A stretch of 64,000 bases of DNA from Bugula neritina (taxonomy: Eukaryota; Animalia; Bryozoa): assembly GCA_964035545.1 (NCBI GenBank), contig OZ037768.1, positions 23,159,319-23,223,318 of the forward strand. The letters are read 5' to 3'. This document shows positions 13,136-26,225 of this stretch, in pieces. Position 1 is the first letter of the stretch. Every line of letters starts with the position of its first letter. The notes under the pieces are model-generated. The model was not told the origin of the DNA. It worked only from the letters and a program-made list of their open reading frames with translations, and ran no database searches. The position numbers and the translations under genes are program-made.

Positions 13136-13947
13136 GTATATTTAATGCAAACACATCTCTAGTGTTTACAAACGTCTTGTCATATGTATTTTCTGAGGTT
13201 TGCAGCATATGTGAGTTAGCACTACAGTATTTTTCATTTAGTTTAAAAGAAGTTAAACATTTGATGTTTTTATTTTGCTCCAGTGATGATACATTTTGTT
13301 TGCCTCTATCTCTTGTTACAAAGTTTGGTTTGTGGGTTAAAAATCCCAACTGCTTTCCTACGTGAAAGGCTAATATGCTTTAGGCCCATTTCTTCGAAGG
13401 CCCATTGCTCCAAAAATAATGGCCTAGTAATTGAAACAATTTATTATTGGAATAACACTATAATATATTACAATTTAATAAATTAGAGTACTAAAATAGT
13501 TTTTAAAGTCATTGAGACTATGCACAACTTTTTATAATTAAATGGTGTCTGGCAGGCAGGTAAAAATGGTGCAAGTAAAATGGCGCAGGTAAAAATGTAC
13601 CTCAAAAGTTTGAGTTTTTCTAAAACATTCTTATAATCTATAAAAAGGAAACAAGAATGAGTGGTTTTAATTCCTAGAATTTTTATTTTAAATTTTGCAT
13701 AGAAAGTTATCAAGTTTGAAGTTGAAAACAGCAAGACTTTTATTCTTTAGCCTACATAGAATTTCTATATTGTTATCTAAAGGTAAGGTTGAGTATTTTG
13801 TGCATTGAAAAATCACCAAAATATATTCTGTAGAGAACAATGTAGTGATGTGGTAAGATAGGGGCAGTTCAAATAATATAATTTCTATAGTGGGATATGT
13901 ATAGAAATAATAATATAATGCTATAATATATATACTATAGAATTAAT

Positions 13948-14160
13948 GAGCAGCCCTGGTCTAGGGATTAGAGCTTTTGCCTAGTAAGCAGGAAGTCATG
14001 GGTTCGATCCCCATTAAAGGCTAATGGTGATGTTAGGAAGAGCATCAAGTCATAATTGCTTCTGTGCCTCATCTGAACAAGTCCTTAGCCCGGTTTAACA
14101 AAAACCCCTTCCATCAGAGGTTTTCTTACAGGGATGGTGACTATAAACTTTGTGAGTGAG
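13948..14160 (+). mobile_element. tRNA-derived SINE, copy 2
   Basis: A box tggtctagg, B box gggttcgatccc, same core and tail as the other copies. Flanking 19 bp direct repeat tatagtgggatatgtatag (13886-13904 / 14164-14182). Confidence 0.9.
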
Positions 14161-14730
14161 TTTTATAGTGGGATATGTATAGTACAAAAATATGTCTTAA
14201 CAAAACAAAAACAATCCTTTTCAAACTCAAACTAAAACCTTGTCACACAGCATGTGGCCGATTTTTATTGTATTTACTTTGTAATATATAATGGACCAAG
14301 TGCAGTAATGGAGAAATTGAAACAAGCTTGTGTTCTAGATTGGAAATATAGCAAAAGAAGTCATATTCTCTCGGGGAATTTCAACCCCCACTACAAACAA
14401 AATTTAAAAAACTAAAAAACGTAGACTATAACACTTTACAGCCTCTAAATGATAATAATTAACTAAGCTAGACTAAAGTGCATAGGTTCTAAAACTGTTG
14501 ACGGGCTTCAATTCCACAAATACTACTATACTACCCAAAAGCTTTCTGGGTAGTAATACTTTAAGCTATTTCAAGCTTTTAAATAATTATACCTTGTGCT
14601 GGCTAAATTGTCATCTTCTTCGTAAGTGCAACAAGCGCTTTTGTTTCTTCATTTGGTGGCAATACAATGTTATGTAACAATGCCTTTAAAAGGAGCAGTC
14701 TTCTGAGTTTACCCAGTTGTCAAAGGCACC

Positions 14731-17700
14731 ATGTCAAAACAGCAAGGTAAGGGTGAGTAGTCTGTAACGTCACAGTGAAAGTCAACTCCCAGTCTGTTTA
14801 ATTTTTAGTTGGATTTCTTTGCTTAATCTAGGGTAGAAATTTTTGCTTAGACTTTTAAATGCATTAAACTGGTTAGCAGCTAAAAACCTAAAAATGACAA
14901 AACTTCTAATAATTTTATGAGTTTAGTTTGTGTAGGGCTGTGGCTACCTGGTGAACACTGTGGTGCAATGGTTAGTGTGACTATCTATGCTAGCTGGAAG
15001 TCTTTGGTTTGAATCTCAGTAAGTACAATTATTTTCATTTTGTCTTCCAGATCAAGATGGTAAGGAAGAAGAACCAGTAGACTCAACACCCTCAGAGAGA
15101 GTGGAGGCGGCCGCCGAACAGAATGTTGTCAACATGGAAAGTATCGGCAGTGAAGATAGTAAAAACAGCGACTGCAAAAATGATGGAATTAAATCTAGCA
15201 GTAGTAGTAAGAGTAGTGACAGCAAAAATAATGACAGCGAGGGTGGATACGACAAGGGTGGTGCAGGCAGTGATGTAAATGCACAGGGATTCTTCCAACC
15301 TTCTCATTCTGTAGTGCCACATACGTTTTCCTTAGGCTTATCTCTTGCTTCTACCTCCAACATGGCTTCCTCATCTATTGCTTCTACCTCCAACATGGCT
15401 TTCTCATCTATTGCTTCTACCTCCAACATGGCTTCCTCATCTATTGCTTCCACCTCCAACATGGGCTCCTCATCTATTGCTTCCACCTCCAACACACCAG
15501 ATCCATCTCCTAGACTTAAAAGAGTTAGAACAGAGCAATCTGGTGGGGAAACAAGTGAGCCAGTCCCCACAAGAAGTAAGTCATTTCTCTATCACTCACT
15601 TGGCCGTTGAAGGCTTCAAACCCTGTAAAATGTTGTGCTAAATGTAGCTAATCTCTCCAGCTAATGGTGGCTACTTCAACTTCTTTAAATTAGCATTATT
15701 TTAGTTTTACTTTGACAAAGTCAGTTTTTATTTAGAACTTTTTCAAATGTTGTCCTGGGAAAATATTTTATTAGATGATGAATATATCTATTTGTAGTAA
15801 CAAGAAGTGACATTGCTGAAATGATCAGAACCTTTTCTAACATGCCATCAGCAGTTCAACAGTCAGAAATTGACAATGCCACAGGATATTTCAGACTAAA
15901 TCCAACTGTCTGCTGTAGCAACCTGTACAGTGAGATCAAGGTAATCCAAATAAATTCAAATTATTAAAACTCTTTTAGCTGCAATATATTATAAGGTAAT
16001 TTTCTTTAGCAAACTTGATTTTGTTGAAGTGGAATTATAACACCAGCAGGGGTGTTCTAATTGTCAACCGAGTGTGTGTTTATTTTTTAAGTGACTGCCT
16101 GCCAATAACATGAAGCAAATTCTAGTTTAACTCAGTAGTTATGTAGAATAATGCTTTCCTGAAATTGACGGATAATCAAGTCTAATATTAGTCTCAGTTT
16201 TGTAACTTGTGTGCCAATTATTTTGCTTGAAATTCTACAACTATTTGTGACAGGTTTAATATTACATTGTGAAATATTTTTCACAAATTCAGCTATAACT
16301 CAAAATAGGTTTGCCATTAGAACTTATGTATTGCTTTTCTTTTCTTGCTGCTAGCGTAATAATAAACTTTAGCTTTTAGAGGTTCTTCTAGCTGCTTTTC
16401 TATGTACGATGTAATGCAGCAAGCAGCTAATATCCTTCTAAACCTGCTTATTTCACAGGATTACTCCAGCCTTGTTCGTACTGAGGATGAGAGCAATCCT
16501 AGAGGTAGATCCCGGGAAGAAGTTGTGCAAGAGGCTAAAGTTACTATTTACAAACTACTTCTTGAGCACTGTGTATCAATGCATGTATGTATAGTAACAG
16601 AAATACATATACTTTATTTACCAACTTCTTGTTTTAGTTTTGTGTGCTCTGAATTCTTGAAACAATATTGTAAGAATCTGTCAAATAATGTGAATGCATT
16701 CCTGGTTGATTAGTGAGTTATTTATCCACTTGCCTGTTGCAGGATGGGTTATACATTCCTACGGACTGCCCAAACAAAAAGCTCAAGATGGACGATTTTT
16801 TGGCAAACAATCCAATTAGTTTATCTCAGGTTGGAGAAGCGATTCAAGCAGTTGACTCCAACGACACCAGGCTGGTGAGTATAGCAATTACTCTAGTCAA
16901 CAAATTATTAAGTTAAAACTGGAAAACGAAACGTTTTTGTTTCTTTAACTTGCCATGACTATGTTTATCTCTTTATAGTCTGAAGAAGAGGTGAACAGTC
17001 CGGGGTTTCAAAGAATTCTCAACTATTTAAAACAAACTGAAAGTATTCCCTCCACATCTGATGGACGCCAAGTTTCAGCTAACACCAGTAGTCAAAGTCA
17101 AGTTTCAGCTAACACCAGTAGTCAAAGTCAAGTTCCAACTAACACCAGTAGTCAAAGTCAAGTTCCAACTAACACCAGTAGTCAAAGTCACGTTTCAGCT
17201 AACACCAGTAGTCAAAGTCACGTTCCAACTAACACCAGTAGTCAAAGTCACGTTTCAGCTAACACCAGTAGTCAAAGTCACGTTCCAACTAACACCACCC
17301 GACGAAGCCGGCATTCTGCCAACACTAGACGGCCAGCACATGCTACTCGACGCCCAGCACCGGCTTCTCGACGCCCTAGACAGCGCACATCTAGTGCTCC
17401 ACTCACAACCCGTGAATATCAAATTCCAACTTCTTCACACGGTGGTCAAGCCCTTGCATACACCAGTCCACACGCCACAAGAGTTAATCATCAATCATTT
17501 GCTCACCACCAAACCGCAAGTCTTCAGTGGAGGCAAGCATCTCATCAACCCCAACCCACACCACAAATGTACAACCCTCAGTCTAACCCTCAATATACTG
17601 CCCAACCGGTTCCCACAGTATACCGATCCCTGCCAAGTCCTCCGCCATACCATGCAACTACTTCTCTTGCAATGCACCAGCATGCATACACCCAGCACAC

Positions 17701-17896
17701 AACCTCTGTGTATAATCCACAGCATGTCCAATACTACCACCCACGAACAGATCAACAACAATTCATCCACCTGGCACCCCCTGTCCAGCAGTATGCTGTG
17801 GCTCACAGTGCCCCTAATCAACATCCCCCAACTGTACGCTACCTCCATTACGATGACCAAAATGCCTTCCATTACGATGACCATAATGCGCAATAA
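14731..17896 (+). CDS. Uncharacterised low-complexity (S/Q/H/P-rich) protein with coding tandem repeats. Exons ~14731-14746, 15051-15575, 15798-15940, 16459-16584, 16743-16874, 16979-17896
   Basis: Good Kozak context (ggcaccATG); all junctions are GT-AG and in phase; long final ORF. No family recognised. Confidence 0.75.
15345..15494 (+). repeat. Coding 33 bp tandem repeat (ASTSNMASSSI), ~4.5 copies
   Basis: Read directly in DNA and translation. Confidence 0.95.
17069..17298 (+). repeat. Coding 30 bp tandem repeat (VSANTSSQSQ/H), ~8 copies
   Basis: Read directly in DNA and translation. Confidence 0.95.
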
Positions 17897-18141
17897 GTTC
17901 TTTATTACTCTTTCTAGTGGAGCTGCAATAACTCTGTACATATTAGACATTATAGTGAAACTTTTATACTTGATGAATGTGATATTTATTTCCAATATTC
18001 TGTTTTGCCAGCAGTTCTCTCCAAATCAATAGAATAATTTAATGGATTTTTCTTACTATTTATTATTCTTTTTACAAAAATAAAACTGTAATGAAAATAT
18101 GGAACTTGTCAAACATTATTTGGATTTCCTGTTAGTCAGCG

Positions 18142-21100
18142 CTAGGAACCTTTCATCAACTTTGCCATATTTCTTGCATCTTTAATGGTTAGACTGGAGC
18201 AGGGAACCTGAGGAAATATATGGTGACTATTGTATACTTACACTACACAGTAAGTATACTTACTGTGTAGTGTAAGTATACTTAGACTACACAGTAAGTA
18301 TACTTACTGCGTAGTGTAAGTATACTTATACTACACAGCAAGTATACTTACACTACACACTGTACTTACACATTACACTACACAGTATACTTACACATTA
18401 CACTACACAGTACACTTACACATTACACTACACACTGTACTTACACCTTACACTAAACAGTATACTTACTCATTACACTACATAGTACACTACACAGTAT
18501 ACTTACTCATTACACTACATAGTACACTACACAGTACACTACACAGTACACTAACACTACACAGTACACTTACACTACACAGTATACTTACTCATTACAC
18601 TACACTACACACTGTACTTACACCTAAGGAGCTTGCCATTACCCTCTGAACATTCTCAGCATACAGGTTAGGATCTGTCAGCTCTTCCACTGAAGGGTGA
18701 TATACAGGTAGAAATTCTATTGTTAGACCAATATTGAGTTTACACATGCTGTACCATCCTTGCACCCACCTGCGGAGGTTGTCAGATATGAATGAGAGGG
18801 AGAGCATTGAATAACATGATGAGTCACAGAGTAAAACTATAAATAGACAAAGTCTTTTTAGCTATTTGTGAGAACCAGCTGCAGTTTAAAATGACCAAAA
18901 AAGACTATGAATATTGACTTATTTTGAGAATGCTATATGATGTATAGTTTGGAGTTATGTTGCCCACCAGCCTTGTAAAACACTTCATCAATTAACCCTC
19001 TGAGTGATGGGAAAGAAACAGTCTATAGCTGACTACAATTATGATTTCGAAAGATAATAAGTATAAAAGTAATAACAAATAAGGAAATTTTTGTTACTAT
19101 CCAAAGTGAAAACTTTAAGAATCACTAAGAAAGGGCTAAGGCTTTAAAAATGAAAATAATGGAGCAGCTTCATAAAACTTAGGTTACAGTATTTGCACAG
19201 AGTAACTACTTAGCACCTACCCTGGCGGCCCACCAACCCACGTCCACGTTGCAGTATCCCACTGGTCAGTGAATCTTACAGTAATAGGCTGGACAGGCTG
19301 CCCTGCCCTAAATGCTCCACTTTTGAATGGTGCTAAGGCTTTCCTGAACAAAAAATTAATCAGAAGTTGTTTCCACCAGCACTTAGAAGTGTGCATACAA
19401 TAGATTTCTTAAGGCAGGACAAAACAACTCCCTATTATTCATAAACAAACTATAACATCTGTTTTCAAGTATTTTTTAAGTTTTTAAGTAAGCATACAAC
19501 ACCAATGTAACAGTGAAAAATGAAGCATAGATAGAAACAGCTAAAACATTGCATACTATTTCTGTAGTACAAAGCATGTGTAAAATAGACAAACATCAAT
19601 ATATAAATAAAAAGTATTAGTAGTTGTCCTATCTTGTAAGTAACTGAGCAATGTGAGCACAACTCCCCAGACGTTTTAATTTAGTTATATAACAGTAATG
19701 GCTTTTAGATCAAAGCAAAGTGTATTATTGTCTCAATACCCATAGACTGTGTACCCTGCACCACCTGTTAGTGGTTGTCCCTTCAGGAAATATCAACGTC
19801 TGGTGCCAGAGACCACCAGAGTTTGAGCGTCTGCTTATCTCTTCTGTGACAGTCTGATTGGTCCGAGAGGCATCTCTAGACACCAGAATGGGCTGAGTAA
19901 ACTTCAGCAAACCTGACAACATATAGAACGTGTTGATAAGTATAACGTGTTGATAAGTACAGCGTGTTGATAAGTATAATGTGTTGATAACTACAACATG
20001 TTGATTACTACAACGTGTTGATAACTACAACGTGTTGATAACTACAACGTGTTGATAACTGTAACTTGTTGATAACTACAACGTGTTGATAAGTATAACA
20101 TGTTGATAAGTATAACATGTTGATAAGTATAACTTGTTGATAAGTATAACTTGTTGATAAGTATAACTTGTTGATAAGTATAACGTGTTGATAAGTATAA
20201 CTTGTTGATAACTACAACGTGTTGAGAACTGCAACGTGTTGAGAACTGCAATGTGTTGATAATTCAACTAGGAAAAACAAAACTAAAAGTTGCAAACAAT
20301 AATGATGCATGAAGCAGGTAGCCTCTTAACTTTCAAAGTATAATATATTACGAGTATATTATGTAACATATTATACTTTATAATGTATTATATTATGTAT
20401 TATACTATACTACTGTACATAATATATTACACAATATAATATATTATATCATGTATTATACTATACTACTGTACATAATATATTACACAATATAATATAT
20501 TTACACTGTGCGAGATATCAAGTTACTGAAATAAAAATATCAGCAAACTTTGATCCATGAACATAATAAATATAAATCCTGGTGAAGTGTAGAAACACAT
20601 ATCAACTGTAGAAATAGATATCAACTGTAGAAATAGATATAAACTGTAGAAATACATATCAACTGTAGATATCAATACTCACTTCCAACAACTGGCATAG
20701 ATGCAATCTCTTTTTTCGCAACTATCCCGGGACAATCACTCAACATGAATATGATGACAATATCCATCAATGTAGAGTGAGGCGCTACGACCAGTATAGG
20801 GGCCTCTGCGGGTGATGCCTGCTTTCCTTTGACCTCCACCCATGTGTATCCACTAAACATTGTGCCAAGTCTACCAAGCTTGAAGACAAAGTATCTAACT
20901 GACCTGTAAAACACACAGCAATATGTGTTTAAGTGTTCTTGTTTAGTAATGAAATATTAGATATTTTCGAATTTTTCCATCATAAAGTTAACTAGAATTA
21001 TTTCAAGTAAATTTACAGAAACAATGAGTGCCAATCATTAAAATATAGCAAAAAAATTCCCAGTTGTGATTGACTTGCATTTAAATGCGTCTTGTTAAAT

Positions 21101-21843
21101 GTTGATGGGAGTTATCTTAACTGTTATTTTATATACAATGTGAAGGCAATTCCTAACATTTAATGAATTATTGATAAACATGTTCATTATCAACATATGT
21201 ATAATAAACACAAAGGTTTATATTTGCCTTAGTTCTTCAGACTCAGGCTATTAGCCGCTCACCGCTTCCAACCAGTGAGAGGAGCTCGGGCTAATTCTTC
21301 ATTATCAATTCCAAACATGGTGACTAGGGCTATCAGACAGCCCAGTAAATGTGTCACACTCATTAGGACTAGTCGAACTGGAGCTATTGTTATAGACATG
21401 ATGATTATCTGGAAAACAGTTTGAACAGAAGTTGTTTTCTCTTTGAAGGTACACATAGAGTAATTATTATATTAAGTATTCAAAATAATAGAAATGCATG
21501 ATGATAATTATATTTTTCAGCATTCAAAGGTGGAAAACAAGGCAGTAAAGTAAATATACTCAAATTGAATGCACAACTCCAAGTATAAAAACAATATTAC
21601 TCAATAAATTACTATGTCAACTGAGCTCTACATTTCTTAATATTCTACAAGTTGACAACAGCAGTTATTAGAAATTTTGAAGAAAAAATAACTACTAAAA
21701 AAAACAAATGCAAAACTTACCTACACTAAACTGTTACTATATGTTTTTACCTGTAGCAGTCGGTACCAGGGAAGACTGGGGTTGAATATGTAGGGATTTG
21801 GTGCTTCCTTCCTTTCCTCATTATTAACTTGTAGGTTTGCCAT
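18142..21843 (-). CDS. Lysophosphatidylcholine acyltransferase LPCAT1/2-like (PlsC domain), lacking the EF-hand tail. Exons ~21843-21751, 21409-21263, 20903-20683, 19912-19765, 19343-19221, 18769-18622, 18207-18142
   Basis: HX4D motif APHSTLMD, LIFPEGTTTNR, FKSGAFRAGQPVQP, EFLPVYHPS..DPNLYAENVQRVMA and an N-terminal hydrophobic segment. Confidence 0.9.
18232..18621. repeat. Donor-derived minisatellite (gtaagtatactgtgtagtgta in gene orientation) filling LPCAT intron 6, with an alternating inverted block at 18233-18350
   Basis: Units reiterate GTAAGT/GTGAGT-like text; perfect 48 bp palindrome at 18233-18280. Confidence 0.9.
19927..20263. repeat. 17 bp minisatellite (aacgtgttgataagtat), ~20 copies, next to the LPCAT exon 4 acceptor
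   Basis: Tandem repeat read directly. Confidence 0.95.
20589..20671. repeat. 19 bp minisatellite (gtagaaatagatatcaact), ~4 copies, next to the LPCAT exon 3 donor
   Basis: Tandem repeat read directly. Confidence 0.9.
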
Positions 21844-24800
21844 TATTAAATCTAAGCTTCTAATTGTTTTGAAACAATAGATGGCTCACTGATAGAATAA
21901 GTAAAAGTATACTAAATTCTACAAAAAATATTAAATTACTAATTTCCTCATAAAATATCAGTGGAAGTTGTGAACGTGTTGTAGTAGACTCACAATACAA
22001 AATTCAATAAAAGGGGTTTTCAAATAAAAATTCAATATCTCCTAATCTGGTGTCATCCCAGATAGACGTTTCCCAGTTATACGCTATTTATTTATTTTAG
22101 TTCAATATATAGTTTTCGTGTAATTTATTTGAATATTATTGAAATATATGTATATTTAAATAAACTTGGATCAATTGTTTGTTATCTAGCATGATAGGTA
22201 AATTAACTAAGAGGTAATATGCTGAGTTTGATGGACATATGTTCTCAAAATAGAAAGAACTATACAGGCTGTTGTTAAAGAAGCTATAAAATTGAAAGAA
22301 GCAAATAGATTGACAGTAAAATTGCAGCTGCTTTGACTTTCAATTAAAAACTTGGTCTCCTTTAAATTACAAATATTATTAGCTATTTTAAGTATCATAC
22401 ATAGTACATGCTGTTTTTATGACACAGTGACTCTTAGCCTATTATGAAAGCCATAGCACAGCCACTACTTAATTAGTTTATAGCCACACACATCCACCAG
22501 ATAGCTATTACCATTAGATATTAAGAATTGTGCAAAATATAAATACTAAAACTAAGAAGGCTTGAAACATTCTTTGAGATTACTATGAATATTACATTTA
22601 TATATTAAAAGTTTTTTTTCCACACTTATAACAACTACAAGGTAATATTGTCTCTCATAATTATTATTATATAATTGCAGTTATTTATTGAATCTTTATT
22701 TAAACTATTTACATTCATCATCATGGACATCAGCCCTTTTATTAAAACTGTTGCATTTATATTTAAATTAATAGTGGTAATATATAATTATTTTACAGTT
22801 TTTACTTTTAGTTTTATTATATTATCATATTACCATTTCAAAATTTTAAAGAATATTAATTTGTGTAACAGAACTCATATTATATTCACTATCATTATGA
22901 TTATGATCTTTGTTTAGCAATGCTGAGATCACTATTAATATTACTGATAATAATAATTTAATAGTATTAGTCTGTAGTATAACTATAGGTATTAGATTTA
23001 GTATTGCATTCAATTTTATTTACTTTTAGTATTAGTAATTAGACTTAGAATTACATGATTAAGACTTAGTGTTACATTGAGTTTTACAGTATCAGTAGGA
23101 CATCACTCTAAGTCTAAGTCTATGAGTATGAGTATCATAACGGTAATACTAATAGTAGTACCCCTACTAGTACTAGTAAAAGTAACGGTAATTAATATTA
23201 ATACTAATAGTAATACTAATACAGTAATAGTAATACTAATAGTCACTAATACTAATAGCGATACTAATAAAGTATTACTAATAGTAATAGTAATAGTAAA
23301 ACTGAAAAGTAAATCTAATCGCATGAGATTACTACATTAGTATTACTATTACTATAACTATAAGTGTATTAGCGTTATGATTTTTAGTATCACGTATACT
23401 ATTAGTATTATAGTTAATGTTATACTTATTGAAATCACCAACTGCAACTGAGTCCAACTCCAAGTCCAAGACCAATGGCCAATGAATGGCTACGCCTACA
23501 CTCACACTGGCAGTGTTGCACCAAGTAATACTTTTATAACTTTAATCATTAGCTGTATGTACAATTAATTAATTGTGACTATCACAATAAAACACTAAAT
23601 TACTGTGTAAAAGTACTACTATAGTTATAGTAATAGCAATAATTGGTATGAATAGTTTCGACTTCAAGCGGCATACTGCCATAGCGACTAGCACACTTTT
23701 TGACCTTTTGCGACTGTTGGCCTTGACATCCTAAAGCATGGCTGAAGAGTACGGAAATAGTTTTAAGCAGCACCTAGTTGGGAATGGCTGATGGCAATGG
23801 TTCGAGTGTCTCAAGTTTGAAGTTCGGGCAAATCATGTGTGCGCAAATGCTGTACTCTATCACCCGCATATTGGTGCTGTTTCTCGCGACTTTCTAAATG
23901 CGCTAACTATAAAATAATATCGTTATAATTATTTATACCAACTAGACTTTAGTCTCACTAGTACGTACTTATTTACTGCTAAGTATGGAGACATAACAAT
24001 TTTTACATTACAGTCTAAAAAGCGATAGATGCCAATTGCTAGTCTAGACTATGACGATAATCTTAATGATAAGTGATTATAATTACCATTATGATTATGA
24101 TTATGATTATGTTTTATCTTTGACTTTAAGTTCAAGTGAGCTCATGTCGATGTTCAACTTTATCATGTGACTTGGATCATAGCCAGCCAGACTAGACTAA
24201 GTGCAGAGCAGTCACATTCGCTGTAATGACTTTGTCACCAGCGCCAGCATACCGCTAGACATCAGGATGCTTTGGGCACCGGAACGACGGGAAAATGTCG
24301 AGTTATTTACTATTATAATTATCACTTTGTAATAGTTGAGTTCACATATGATCGGCATATTTATATTCATATCGTAATTGATTGTCATCATGATTATCAT
24401 TATAATAATCATATTATTATTATACGTAATCTTATACTAATTTATAGTAATTACATTTTGATTTTTTTTTATCAATAAGTATAAAGTCCTATAAGTATAA
24501 GTCATTAAGTGATACTAAAATACTAATGCTTGGTGAGTATCAGTATAACTATGACTATCAGTATCTGTATAATTTAATAATAAGTAAAAATTAATAACTA
24601 TCATTATTATAATTATCTGATGGTAATATTTATATTATTATTATGATAGCTGCTTTTACTTTTTGAGTTTTAATATTAGTATTAGTATTACTATTACTAT
24701 TAGTATTACTCTTTCACTTACAGTTACTCGCCTCGTAAAATTTGTATCTTTTGATAAATTATCAGGATTTTAGTAGGAATGTCCAACACGAAATGTCTGC

Positions 24801-25121
24801 TTAAGCTGTACAGACTACAGTTGATGCCTATAGTATAGTTGGTATTATGAATTCTCAATATAAAGAGATGCGTGATATTGATACATGTCAAAGCTCTTTG
24901 AGTATTGGCAAAGAAAATCTTTGTTATAGAACAATTGAATCCGATTTCTTCCAAGTTCACATAACCCAAGTCTTGCGTGTAATATTGGCAAAGCCATTTT
25001 ATGTTTTCATTCACTCTGACAATGATTTCAAAGATTTAATAGTTCCTTTGCAATATCAATTTGCAATTTTACAATTTGTTGTTGTGGCTTTGACAATGTT
25101 TGCTGTGGTTTTAGATAAAAG

Positions 25122-25775
25122 ATGAGTCAGTCAAAATGCATTCAGATCAGCGATGATGATAAGGGATACCCACTTGAGATGTTTTGCATTCCTAAGCACT
25201 ATGAAAACCATTTGTCTCATGTCATGATTCCTAAAGGGCTGATAGATGATCGTACCGAAAAACTGGCAAAGGACATCAAGGAAAAACTCGGTGATGAGCC
25301 TTTAGTTTGTCTCTGTGTACTTAAAGGTGGATACAAGTTTTTTGCTGATTTGGTTGACCATCTAAAGTCAATGAATAATGTCCAGAATGATCCGATACCA
25401 TTGAAAGTAGATTTCATTCGGTTGAGAAGTTACGTTGATGACAAGTCTACTGGTGATGTGGAGGTCATTGGAGGGGATGCGTTGCACCACCTGGAAGGGA
25501 AGAATGTTTTGATTGTTGAAGATATTGTGGACACGGGAAAGACCATGCAGTATCTGCTTCGCAAACTGCAAGTTCACAACCCAAAGTCTATCAACGTAGT
25601 TAGCCTTCTAGTCAAGAGAACACCACTGTCTGTGGGGTATAAGCCTGATTTTGCAGGATTTGAAATTCCCAATCATTTTGTGGTTGGATATGCTTTAGAT
25701 TATAACGAGTACTTCAGGGATTTGCAGCATGTGTGTGTCATCAATGAAACTGGAAAACTTAGATATGCTGCCTAA
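25122..25775 (+). CDS. HPRT1: Hypoxanthine-guanine phosphoribosyltransferase, single coding exon
   Basis: 217 aa ORF with [22 protein letters not shown], the PRPP-binding motif [13 protein letters not shown] and [16 protein letters not shown]. Confidence 0.98.
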   Translation: MSQSKCIQISDDDKGYPLEMFCIPKHYENHLSHVMIPKGLIDDRTEKLAKDIKEKLGDEPLVCLCVLKGGYKFFADLVDHLKSMNNVQNDPIPLKVDFIRLRSYVDDKSTGDVEVIGGDALHHLEGKNVLIVEDIVDTGKTMQYLLRKLQVHNPKSINVVSLLVKRTPLSVGYKPDFAGFEIPNHFVVGYALDYNEYFRDLQHVCVINETGKLRYAA

Positions 25776-26225
25776 ATAATTTTTGACTCAGTAGCAATTA
25801 AGTTGTTAATGGATAAATTTTTAGCAACTTTCCTTCTCTAGACTATATAAACTTTCTACAAAGATATTTTTTGCCATGATTTGTAATGTCTATTGTCTAA
25901 ATCTTGGAGCTAAATTTTCAAAAATTTCTCTGCAGGAAAGTGAAAACATTGCTATAATTTCTATAATACTAATACTCTAGTTTTCTCTTTTCTTGTTCTG
26001 TATCAATTTTGATCAACAAAAATATGCAATGGTGATGGGTTTTGATGTTGTTATAGAATTCTGTTCTAATACTGTTAGTTACACAATAACTGTAAACATA
26101 TTTATAACTTTATTGATGAAATTTTTTCACAATATACAATATAGAAAATATAATATATGATTAAATTACAGTTAATATAAAAGTTACATTATCAAATATA
26201 AAAATATATTAAAATAATATATGGA

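Noticed and set aside
14958-15022. Second tRNA-like head (tggtgcaatgg...ggtttgaatct)
   Set aside because: Too degenerate and single-copy here; possibly an old SINE fragment.
17061-18032. 323 aa overlapping ORF (VVKVKFQLTP repeats)
   Set aside because: Alternate frame of the 30 bp coding repeat; the splice phase supports the 16991-17896 frame.
25122-25775. Horizontal transfer of HPRT from bacteria
   Set aside because: The length and N-terminal extension ([17 protein letters not shown]) are animal-type.
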